A stretch of DNA of 64,000 bases from contig JAAYHU010000029.1 of the NCBI GenBank assembly GCA_012735245.1, forward strand, positions 2,327 to 66,326, given 5' to 3'. The number at the start of each line of letters is the position of its first letter. The first letter of the stretch is position 1. Below, one piece after another: positions 1 to 10,506 of this stretch. Both the position numbers and the translations under genes were made by a program. Under the pieces are notes generated by a model. It ran no database searches, was not told where the DNA came from, and worked only from the letters and a program-made list of their open reading frames with translations. This DNA comes from Tissierellia bacterium (GTDB taxonomy: Bacteria > Bacillota > Clostridia > Tissierellales > Tissierellaceae).

Positions 1-234
1 GCTGAAGGGAATTCTCATGAGGACAAGCTTATTAAACTTGTAGTAAAAAAAGGTGAAAAATTAAGTGATATTGCCAATAGTTTATTTGAATTAGGATTAA
101 TAGATAATGTGGAGGAATTTAAGTCATTTGTTAGAGAAAATGGTTATGGTAGATTGCTCCATTATGGTGAATTTGAAATAAAAGAGAATTCAAGTTACAG
201 TGATATTTTAAAGATTTTAACACATAAAAAATAA
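1..234 (+). CDS. 3' end of a CDS entering from upstream (5' truncated by the window edge). The small C-terminal domain resembles the LysM-like domain of YceG/MltG-type proteins; product not assigned.
   Basis: Frame 1 is open from base 1 to TAA at 232-234 (..KKGEKLSDIANSLFELGLIDNVEEFKSFVRENGYGRLLHYGEFEI..). Confidence 0.4.
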   Translation, partial: AEGNSHEDKLIKLVVKKGEKLSDIANSLFELGLIDNVEEFKSFVRENGYGRLLHYGEFEIKENSSYSDILKILTHKK

Positions 235-398
235 ATATTAAAATTTTGAAAAAAAACTATTATTTTTTCTTAATCTTTTTATGGTGAAAAATGTAGTATA
301 ATAATCTAAACTGTCAATTAATTTTATACTTATTTCCTGTGTAATATGTTTAATTTAGATAAAGTATGTCAACAATTCTATAAAAAGGAGGTAGAGGT

Positions 399-1133
399 AT
401 GGGAGTTGCAAAAAAAAGTGCACTTAATATTTATAGCGGTTTAATTTATAAATTTCTCTATAAAAATGATATAAACTCCATACATATCCTCCTAAATTTA
501 TTTGACATAGAAGATAACATTACCAATATTTGCCCTAAGTACATATCTACTTATCATATAAAAAGACATATTAGCAGGCACTTAAAAAATAAAAAAAATA
601 ATCATTTAATTAGCCTGAATCTTGGACAACTAATTCATGAAGATATTCATCGATTAGAATTTTACATTTGTTTAGAAGGTTATAGAAATGGATACTTTAA
701 CAATAGTTGGGCTAACCTTCTAGAAAAAGTAGCTATAGAAAATATTCCCTTAGAGGATTTATATAAGAAGAAGTATCTATATCATTTTGAGCAAAAAAAT
801 AAGCAAATTAAAAACATTAGGGAGTTAATGGATAAAAAGTTAGACGAAATAGAAAGCAAAAATAAAAATCTTTATAACAGTATAGTAAAGTATTGTGACA
901 ATGTATTAAAAAGTAAAGTCTTAAGCTTAAACAAGTTTTTAGACAAACAGCTTACTATAGAATATGATTCGAAGACCTTTAGTATTAAAGAAGACTATAG
1001 TTTATTAACCTTAGAAGAGTTAAATTATATTTATAACGAAATAGTAAAGGTTGTATTAAAAAGCGGATTTAAACTTTACAAGGAAGCTTATTGGTACGGG
1101 TTAAATGATAGGGTTTTAAGAAGGTATAGATAA
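399..1133 (+). CDS. Hypothetical protein, 244 aa, Lys/Asn-rich, no family recognised
   Basis: Long ORF with AAGGAGG about 8 nt upstream of the ATG. No motif I can assign. Confidence 0.5.
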   Translation: MGVAKKSALNIYSGLIYKFLYKNDINSIHILLNLFDIEDNITNICPKYISTYHIKRHISRHLKNKKNNHLISLNLGQLIHEDIHRLEFYICLEGYRNGYFNNSWANLLEKVAIENIPLEDLYKKKYLYHFEQKNKQIKNIRELMDKKLDEIESKNKNLYNSIVKYCDNVLKSKVLSLNKFLDKQLTIEYDSKTFSIKEDYSLLTLEELNYIYNEIVKVVLKSGFKLYKEAYWYGLNDRVLRRYR

Positions 1134-1197
1134 CTAATTAAATGTAATATTTAATGTATTAAGAGGAATGCCTTTATTATTTAATTGAAAGAAAAAT

Positions 1198-1226
1198 GTA
1201 TAATATTTGAAAATTTGGTTAAAATA
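1198..1226 (+). promoter_or_regulatory. Candidate forespore sigma-F-type promoter for bofC (GTATA - 14 nt - GGTTAAAATA)
   Basis: GTATA at 1198-1202 and GGTTAAAATA at 1217-1226 resemble my recollection of the sigma-F consensus (GYATA / GGnnAnAHTR). As I recall, bofC is sigma-F dependent in B. subtilis. Confidence 0.3.
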
Positions 1227-1257
1227 TCCCTCTAGATAGTAATCTGGAGGGATATTC

Positions 1258-1848
1258 ATGAAAAAATACAAATTTTTACCAATTTTCCTTTTTTCGTCCG
1301 TCCTATTTTTACTTAGTTTCATTTTAGGTTATAAAATAATAGGCAAAAAAATAGAGGAAAGTAGAATTAGTCAATTAGATAATGAAATAGATTTAGAAAA
1401 AAAAGAAGACTTTGTGATCCTTAAAGAAGAAACAAAAATATCTCCCAACACCGTAATGGAGGAAAGAATATATTATACTACTTGTGAACACGTTATATCT
1501 AAGACAAGTCCGGTGAGTGATCGATATATTAATATGTCAAGGGAGGAATTAATCCATTACTTAGAAGAGAATCATCCAGATAGGAAGCTAATTTCCTTTT
1601 CAGCAAATAAAATAACTATTGGAATTACAAAAAATCATTTATGTGAGAATCATTTTATCATTGGAGAAAAGGATGGGAAAATTGCCATATATAAAATAGG
1701 AGAATCTGGTGAAAAAATTGTGGATACAATATTTGAAGATTATCCCATTTCCTTGTTGATGGAGATAGATCAAGAAAAATTAATCGAAGGTATTAGGGTT
1801 GACAGTGAGGAAGAACTATCTGAAATACTTGAGAACTTTATTAGTTAA
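1258..1848 (+). CDS. bofC: BofC-like (bypass-of-forespore C) sporulation protein with an N-terminal signal/anchor
   Basis: Hydrophobic N-terminus, then ..HLCENHFIIGEKDGKIAIYK..LIEGIRVDSEEEL.., typical of the BofC C-terminal domain. Sits next to ruvA/B as in Bacillus. Confidence 0.65.
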   Translation: MKKYKFLPIFLFSSVLFLLSFILGYKIIGKKIEESRISQLDNEIDLEKKEDFVILKEETKISPNTVMEERIYYTTCEHVISKTSPVSDRYINMSREELIHYLEENHPDRKLISFSANKITIGITKNHLCENHFIIGEKDGKIAIYKIGESGEKIVDTIFEDYPISLLMEIDQEKLIEGIRVDSEEELSEILENFIS

Positions 1849-1877
1849 CTGAGTTAGTGTAGCTAACTTAGTTTTTT
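1847..1877 (+). terminator. Intrinsic terminator after bofC
   Basis: An 11-bp stem (aactgagttag / ctaacttagtt, one mismatch), 5-nt loop, T-run 1872-1877. Confidence 0.6.
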
Positions 1878-1879
1878 GT

Positions 1880-1908
1880 TTGAAATATATTGCAATAGGG
1901 GTTATACT
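1880..1908 (+). promoter_or_regulatory. Sigma-A-type promoter for ruvC (TTGAAA - 17 nt - TATACT)
   Basis: TTGAAA at 1880-1885 and TATACT at 1903-1908 with a 17-nt spacer. This argues against the ORF-track start at 1880. Confidence 0.5.
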
Positions 1909-1924
1909 AGAAAGGGGGACAATA

Positions 1925-2419
1925 ATGATAATATTAGGCATAGACCCAGGTATTGCCATAGTAGGATATGGTGTACTAGAAGTCAATGGAAATAAATTAA
2001 AGGCCATAGACTATGGTTGTATAAGAACAGATGCTAAAATGACTTTTCCTGAAAGAATTAAAATCATATATGACAGTTTAATTGATTTAATAGATAGATA
2101 TGGTCCTAGTGATCTAGCAGTAGAGGAACTTTTTTTTAATAAAAATGCTAAGACTGCTATTTTAGTGGGACAAGCTAGAGGTGTAGAAATATTGGCAGCA
2201 GTTAATAAGGGTTTAAAAGTTTATGAATATACACCTCTTCAAATAAAACAAGCAGTAGTAGGTTATGGGCGGGCTGAAAAAGAACAAGTTCAGGAAATGG
2301 TAAAGATTTTGTTAAATTTAAAAGAGAAACCCAAGCCCGATGATGTTGCTGATGCCTTAGCAGTAGCTATATGTCATGGCTTGTCACTAAAATTTAAAGA
2401 TAATTATAGAATGAAATAA
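1925..2419 (+). CDS. ruvC: Crossover junction endodeoxyribonuclease RuvC
   Basis: MIILGIDPG..AVEELFF..DVADALAVAICH motifs. AAGGGGG RBS before the ATG at 1925, which is in frame with the longer ORF from 1880. Confidence 0.9.
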   Translation: MIILGIDPGIAIVGYGVLEVNGNKLKAIDYGCIRTDAKMTFPERIKIIYDSLIDLIDRYGPSDLAVEELFFNKNAKTAILVGQARGVEILAAVNKGLKVYEYTPLQIKQAVVGYGRAEKEQVQEMVKILLNLKEKPKPDDVADALAVAICHGLSLKFKDNYRMK

Positions 2420-2431
2420 AGGGTGAAAGTC

Positions 2432-3016
2432 TTGTTCGAATTTATTATTGGAGATATTGTAGATATAAAAGATGACTATATAGTGTTACAAAATAATAGC
2501 ATTGGATACAGAATATATACCTCAACAAATTCTATAGCCAGTGTGGAACATGGTATGAAAAATATTTTATTTTATACATATCTAAATGTACGGGAAGATG
2601 GAATATACCTATATGGCTTCACCTCAGAAGATGAACTTGATATGTTCAAACTTCTATTATTAGTATCTAAAATCGGACCTAAGATTGCTATAGGTCTTTT
2701 ATCTACCCTTACTCCTAATCAAATAAAGAAGGCCATTATCAATAAGGATATAGAAGTTCTATGCCAAGCTCCAGGGATTGGCAAGAAAACTGCAGAAAGA
2801 ATATTGCTGGAACTAAAGGATAAGATTGATAAAAACATATATGATGAGGAAAGTCATGAACCTCCTACTAATACTTACTTGGAAGCAGTTAATGGATTGA
2901 TGTCCTTAGGTTATACAAAACTAGAAATTGAAAGAGTAATAAAACATATGGATATAACCAGCCTAAAAGTTGAAGATATTATTAGAGAAGTTTTAAAGAG
3001 ATTATCTAAAAATTAA
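2432..3016 (+). CDS. ruvA: Holliday junction branch migration complex subunit RuvA
   Basis: N-terminus (M)FEFIIGDIV.., HhH region GIGKKTAERILLELKDK. TTG at 2432 has better RBS spacing (AAGGGTGA) than GTG at 2423. Confidence 0.9.
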   Translation: MFEFIIGDIVDIKDDYIVLQNNSIGYRIYTSTNSIASVEHGMKNILFYTYLNVREDGIYLYGFTSEDELDMFKLLLLVSKIGPKIAIGLLSTLTPNQIKKAIINKDIEVLCQAPGIGKKTAERILLELKDKIDKNIYDEESHEPPTNTYLEAVNGLMSLGYTKLEIERVIKHMDITSLKVEDIIREVLKRLSKN

Positions 3017-3030
3017 GAGGGTGTATATAA

Positions 3031-4053
3031 ATGGAAAATATTGATGATAGAATAGTCACTAGGGAAACTACGGGGGAAGATTTGGAATGGGAACCAACCC
3101 TTAGACCAAGGTGGCTAAGTGAGTACATAGGCCAAGATAAAGTAAAGGAAAAATTAAGTATATTTATACAAGCTGCTAAGGGCAGGAAAGAGGCCTTAGA
3201 CCATGTTCTATTATATGGGCCTCCTGGCTTAGGAAAGACAACTCTAGCAAATATTATAGCTAATGAGATGGGAGTTAATATAAGAATTACATCAGGACCT
3301 GCCATTGAGAGGCCTGGAGACTTAGCTAGCATATTGACTAATCTTGGTGAAGACGATGTATTATTTATTGACGAAATACATCGTATCAATAGGACTGTGG
3401 AGGAAATTTTATATCCTGCCATGGAAGATTTTGCCCTTGATATTATCATTGGTAAAGGACCTTCCGCCAGGTCAATAAGACTTGATTTATCAAAATTTAC
3501 CCTAATTGGTGCTACGACAAGGGCGGGACTTTTGACTTCACCCCTGAGGGACAGGTTTGGTGTAATGCTAAATTTAGAACTATATGATATCGACAGTCTC
3601 AAAAAGATAATTAAAAGATCTGCAAAAATATTAGATGTTGAAATTGAGGAAAAAGGTGCCCTAGAAATAGCCAAGAGGTCCAGGGGTACACCTAGGATAG
3701 CAAACAGATTATTAAAAAGAGTTAGAGATTATGCTCAAGTCTTAGGCCAAGGTATTATAACTTGGGAAGTGGCAAAAAAAGCCCTAGAAATCTTAGAAAT
3801 TGATGATTTAGGCTTAGATAATGTGGACCGAAAATTGATAATGAGTATAATAGAAAACTTTGAAGGTGGCCCTGTTGGCATAGATACTCTTTCTGCAGTT
3901 ACTGGAGAAGAAAGAGGAACTATAGAAGATGTTTATGAGCCATATTTATTGCAAATCGGTTTTATAAATAGAACTCCAAGAGGAAGGGTTGTAACAAAGA
4001 AGGCCTACGAACACTTTGGGATTCCATATGCTGATAAGTCACAAGGGGGCTAA
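3031..4053 (+). CDS. ruvB: Holliday junction DNA helicase RuvB
   Basis: Walker [12 protein letters not shown], Walker B LFIDEIHR, ..[15 protein letters not shown].. Confidence 0.95.
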   Translation: MENIDDRIVTRETTGEDLEWEPTLRPRWLSEYIGQDKVKEKLSIFIQAAKGRKEALDHVLLYGPPGLGKTTLANIIANEMGVNIRITSGPAIERPGDLASILTNLGEDDVLFIDEIHRINRTVEEILYPAMEDFALDIIIGKGPSARSIRLDLSKFTLIGATTRAGLLTSPLRDRFGVMLNLELYDIDSLKKIIKRSAKILDVEIEEKGALEIAKRSRGTPRIANRLLKRVRDYAQVLGQGIITWEVAKKALEILEIDDLGLDNVDRKLIMSIIENFEGGPVGIDTLSAVTGEERGTIEDVYEPYLLQIGFINRTPRGRVVTKKAYEHFGIPYADKSQGG

Positions 4054-4057
4054 GCTT

Positions 4058-5409
4058 ATGAAAAGGACAATTAGCTTAATATTAATATCGTTATTTATTT
4101 TAATATTTATTCCTACGGAAAAAGCCTATGGAGTAAATATGTATGATTATATAGATGTAAAATTATCTAGGCCTTTGGTACAAAATGCTTATGTTAATTT
4201 ATCCAGTCCTATGGGGTTTTCCATCTATGATGTTGAAGAAAAGGACAACCCATTATTTATTATCGAAGAAACTGCTATAAAGGCCATACCTAACAATGAA
4301 TATATTGATTTAGTAGATTCTACAAATAATTTATTATATTCTTTGCCCAATGATGGTAGTTTAATATTAGGGTCTAAGGACTTAGAAGAGCCATTAATTA
4401 CTGTTGAGAAGGACATGTACAGGGGCTATATAAGATTTTTAATTAATAATAATGAGTTAGTGGTTATAAATCATGTTAATATAGAACAATATTTATATGG
4501 GGTTGTTCCTAGGGAAATGTCTTATACATCCCCCATGGAAGCCTTAAAAGCGCAAGCTGTGGCTTCTAGAACCTATGCTATACATAATATTAATAAACAT
4601 GCCCATGAGGGCTTTAATCTTTGTGATACTACCCATTGTCAAGTATATAATGGATTTATATATGAAAAGCCAACTACTAACCAAGCAGTAGATGAAACTA
4701 AGGGAATTTTAATTTACTATGATGGGGAAGTCATTGAAGCAGTATATCATTCTTCAAGCAGTGGCTATACTGAAGACAGTTCAAATGTTTGGGGAGGAAA
4801 CATTCCATATCTGAAATCTGTAGAAGATCATTTTTCTTTAGATTCTCCCCACAGTAGCTGGAGCTTTAGGATTAAACTGTCGGAATTAAATGAAAAGCTA
4901 ATTAAGGCTGGCATAGTCATTGGAGACATACAAGATATTGAGATTGTAGAGACTTCACCTACAAAAAAGGTTAATAAATTGAGATTAAAAGGGACCTTAG
5001 GTGAAGAAATAATTTCAGGTGAAAGTTTTAGAAGTATAATTGGCGGTACGGCTTTAAAAAGTACCTGGTTTAGTATCAAAGGAGCTTCTTCAAATGCAGT
5101 TAACTATGCCTATGTTTTAGATGGAAGCTCCTTATTGCCTAAGGCCGTTGATATTACCAAGGCTTATATTATAGATGGGAATAATAGAAGAACTGTCACT
5201 AGAAGTATGATAAGCAGGGCAATGGGTAAAGATAGGATTAGAAGTTTTGAACAAATTCCTTTCATATCTGGAGATGAACTATTAATTGAAGGTAGTGGAT
5301 ACGGCCATGGTGTAGGGATGAGCCAATACGGGGCTAAAAAAATGGCTGAATCCGGTTATAGTTTTGAAGACATACTAAAATACTATTATACAGGAGTAGA
5401 TGTTTACTA

Positions 5410-5410
<1 letters not shown>
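4058..5410 (+). CDS. spoIID: SpoIID/LytB-domain protein (stage II sporulation protein D-like lytic transglycosylase) with a long N-terminal extension
   Basis: Signal/anchor [17 protein letters not shown], then [55 protein letters not shown] before the ATG at 4058. Confidence 0.8.
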
Positions 5411-7574
<2,164 letters not shown>

Positions 7575-7627
7575 ATGATTTATTTAAAAAATCATGTATA
7601 ATATTATATAGAAAAGGAGGTAGTTGT

Positions 7628-7975
7628 ATGAATGCACAACAATTTCAGCCATTATTTCTAACAATAGGATTTTTGGCAATTTTTTATTTCTTAGTAATTA
7701 GGCCTCAAAAAAAGAAAGAGGCTCAAATCAATGAAATGAGAAGCAATCTAAGAGTAGGAGATGAGGTAATAACTATAGGAGGTATTCGTGGTAAGATTAT
7801 CAAAGCTAAGGATGACTACATTACCATCGAAGTCGGTAGTGCCAAGACAAAATTAGAGATGACCAGATGGGCAGTAGGTTCTGTTGTTATGAAAAATGAG
7901 TCTAAGAGCAAGAAAGAAGAAAAAGCAAAAGATGACTCAAATGAAAGTGAAGAAAAAAAAGAAGACGACAAATAG
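7628..7975 (+). CDS. yajC: Preprotein translocase subunit YajC with an acidic/Lys-rich tail
   Basis: Single TM, then ..LRVGDEVITIGGIRGKI.. Confidence 0.85.
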   Translation: MNAQQFQPLFLTIGFLAIFYFLVIRPQKKKEAQINEMRSNLRVGDEVITIGGIRGKIIKAKDDYITIEVGSAKTKLEMTRWAVGSVVMKNESKSKKEEKAKDDSNESEEKKEDDK

Positions 7976-8002
7976 CTTCCAAATCTATATGGAAGCTTTT
8001 TT
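7974..8002 (+). terminator. Intrinsic terminator after yajC
   Basis: agcttcc / ggaagct stem followed by TTTTT. Confidence 0.7.
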
Positions 8003-8069
8003 ATGTAATAAATATGACCTTCCTCAAATACATTAAATTAAGAAGTAGTAAGTTTGAGGAGGGAAGAAT

Positions 8070-8447
8070 ATGAAAACAAAAAGTCTAGCTAAGACTACCT
8101 ACTTATTAAAAGGTCTTCTATTGGCATTCCTTATTACTGTAATACTTATTTTTGTATCCTCAGTTATACTAACCTATACTAGCCTAAGCGAAAGTAAAAT
8201 GAGTTTACTAAACACTATAGTGATGATAATTAGCATTACTACAGGCAGTGCCTATGTAGCTATTAAGATAAAGGAGAAGGGATGGTTAAACGGAGGAATC
8301 CTTGGTTTAGGTTACTTTTTGATAATATTGTTAATAAACATTATTTTCTTAAAACCCTTAGTAATAGACATATTTTTGCTAACAAGATTGATTATTTCCA
8401 TAGTCATGGGAATAATAGGGGGAATAATAGGAATAAATATAACTTAA
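8070..8447 (+). CDS. Small polytopic membrane protein (YrzE/TIGR04086-like)
   Basis: 125 aa with about four hydrophobic helices and a Gly-rich C-terminal helix (MGIIGGIIG). GGAGGG RBS. Confidence 0.55.
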   Translation: MKTKSLAKTTYLLKGLLLAFLITVILIFVSSVILTYTSLSESKMSLLNTIVMIISITTGSAYVAIKIKEKGWLNGGILGLGYFLIILLINIIFLKPLVIDIFLLTRLIISIVMGIIGGIIGINIT

Positions 8448-8495
8448 ATCTTTTAACTTGACTTAATATATGGTATAATTTAATAAATCTCGCTT

Positions 8496-8522
8496 AGATG
8501 GTGGTTTTCCACCATCTTTTAT
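8496..8522 (+). terminator. Intrinsic terminator
   Basis: gatggtgg-tttt-ccaccatc hairpin followed by a T-run. Confidence 0.7.
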
Positions 8523-8646
8523 TTAGGCAAAGTAAGGCAAAAAATAACTATAAAATTGTAATAAAAACTGGTATTTTATCAAAAAAATTGGTAGAATTAT
8601 AATAATAATTAGTGTGTCTAAAGATTCTTACATTGGAGTGAAGTAG

Positions 8647-10422
8647 TTGGAGAAATGGTTTATTAAGAATAGAAAAGGTGATTACAAAAACATATCTAAG
8701 AAGTTTAATATATCAGAACTACTGGCAAAATTATTAGTAAATAGAGGTGTAACTGATTTTAGATCAATAGAAAAATTTTTAAACCCTACCCTAGATAAGT
8801 TGTATGATCCTTCTTTAATGAAGGATTTAAATAAAGCTGTTGAAATACTGAAAGACAAGATCATTAATAAGAAAAAAATCAGGATAGTTGGAGATTTTGA
8901 CGTAGATGGTGTTATGTCCATATATATATTGTATACTGGCATAAAAAGATGTGGAGGACTAGTTGATTACGTTATACCAGATAGGGTCAACGAAGGATAT
9001 GGCATAAATAACCAGATAGTTGAGCAAGCTAAAGAAGATGGAATAGATACTATTATTACTTGCGATAATGGTATTGCAGCCATAGAACAAATAGAATTAG
9101 CAAAAGACTTAGATTTAACTGTTATAGTTACAGACCACCATGATATACCATTTGTTATTGATGAATGTACAGGGGAAAAAAGAATTTTACATACGAAGGC
9201 AGATGCAGTCATAAACCCTAAGCAAGAAGATTGCAACTATCCCTTTAAAAATCTTTGTGGCGCAGCTGTTGCCTATAAACTAATTGAAAGACTGTATAAT
9301 ATTTTCAATTTTCAACCATCAGATATTTATCCATTTCTTGAATTTGTGGCCATAGCCACCATTTGTGATGTAGTTGATTTAATTGATGAAAATAGGGTCA
9401 TTGTAAAAACAGGTTTGGAATTATTAAATAATACTAAAAATATCGGTTTAAAAGCATTAATAAATGAAACTGGAATAGAAGGCAAAAAAATAGGTGTTTA
9501 CCATGTAGGCTTTATTATTGGCCCTAGCATTAATGCATCGGGCAGGTTAGATTCCGCCATTAAGTCTTTGGAACTCTTATTATCTATAGACGAGGAAGAA
9601 GCTAAAAATATAGCCAAAGAACTAAGGGAATTGAACGACGAGAGAAAAAGGTTGACAGAAGATGGAGTAAAGAGGATTATAAATACCATTGATAGTACAG
9701 ACTTAAAAAATGACAAGGTATTGGTCGTATACGAACCAAGTATAAATGAATCAGTGGCTGGAATCATAGCAGGAAGGGTAAAAGATAAGTATAACAAGCC
9801 AACTATCGTATTGACAAAAGGCAAAGAAGGGGTTAAGGGTTCGGGACGATCAATTGAGGAGTATAATATATTTGAAGAACTGTCTAAATGTAAAGACATT
9901 TTGTTGAAATTTGGTGGACATCCGATGGCTGCAGGCCTATCCTTAGCAGAGGAACATATATCAACCCTTCGAAAAAGGCTAAATGATAATACTAACCTAT
10001 CAAATGAAGATTTAATACCTAAAATTTATCTTGATATGGAACTTCCCATAGAGTATATTAACTTTAAATTAATAGATGAGTTGAAGTTATTGGAGCCCTT
10101 TGGAAAAGGTAATGAAAAACCTTTATTTGGAGTGAAAAACCTAAGATTAAATCGGGGATATGTACTTGGAGTCAATAGGAACGCTTTAAAACTAATACTA
10201 TTAAATAATAAGGGCATAACTATGGAAGGACTAATCTTTGGAGACATAACCTCCTTCGAAAGAGAAGTATCCCAATTATATGGTGAAGATGAACTAAAAA
10301 AGCTGTACAGGGGAATAAATAACAAGATTAAGATAGACATCCTTTACTATCCTTCAATTAATGAATATAATGGGAATACAAACCTGCAACTGATTATTCA
10401 AAGTTATAGATTAAACATCTAG
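8647..10422 (+). CDS. recJ: Single-stranded-DNA-specific exonuclease RecJ
   Basis: DHH motifs (GDFDVDG, VTDHHD) and DHHA1 (GGHPMAAG). TTG start after GGAGTG. Confidence 0.9.
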   Translation: MEKWFIKNRKGDYKNISKKFNISELLAKLLVNRGVTDFRSIEKFLNPTLDKLYDPSLMKDLNKAVEILKDKIINKKKIRIVGDFDVDGVMSIYILYTGIKRCGGLVDYVIPDRVNEGYGINNQIVEQAKEDGIDTIITCDNGIAAIEQIELAKDLDLTVIVTDHHDIPFVIDECTGEKRILHTKADAVINPKQEDCNYPFKNLCGAAVAYKLIERLYNIFNFQPSDIYPFLEFVAIATICDVVDLIDENRVIVKTGLELLNNTKNIGLKALINETGIEGKKIGVYHVGFIIGPSINASGRLDSAIKSLELLLSIDEEEAKNIAKELRELNDERKRLTEDGVKRIINTIDSTDLKNDKVLVVYEPSINESVAGIIAGRVKDKYNKPTIVLTKGKEGVKGSGRSIEEYNIFEELSKCKDILLKFGGHPMAAGLSLAEEHISTLRKRLNDNTNLSNEDLIPKIYLDMELPIEYINFKLIDELKLLEPFGKGNEKPLFGVKNLRLNRGYVLGVNRNALKLILLNNKGITMEGLIFGDITSFEREVSQLYGEDELKKLYRGINNKIKIDILYYPSINEYNGNTNLQLIIQSYRLNI

Positions 10423-10506
10423 GATTTTAAAAAGATATTTCATTACAAATTTGGGTAAATAATAATAATTAGCATGCTAAATTATATTGTGAAAAGGTGA
10501 ATTTCT

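Noticed and set aside
1134-1322. 62-aa minus-strand ORF overlapping the bofC start; likewise 57401-57598 overlapping rpmB and 1816-2007 overlapping ruvC.
   Set aside because: Each overlaps a better-supported gene or promoter on the other strand and has no RBS.
3006-3674. Long antisense ORFs opposite well-supported genes: 3006-3674 vs ruvB, 9498-9899 vs recJ, 28565-29026 and 29063-29626 vs the ftsH-like locus, 35110-35499 vs divIVA, 41286-41681 vs yicC, 46733-47149 vs def, 57801-58247 vs asp23/yloV.
   Set aside because: Each lies entirely opposite a gene with clear family motifs. Their translations are low-complexity Ser/Ile/Leu/Phe-rich mirror sequences with no RBS. This is the typical shadow-ORF artefact in AT-rich DNA.
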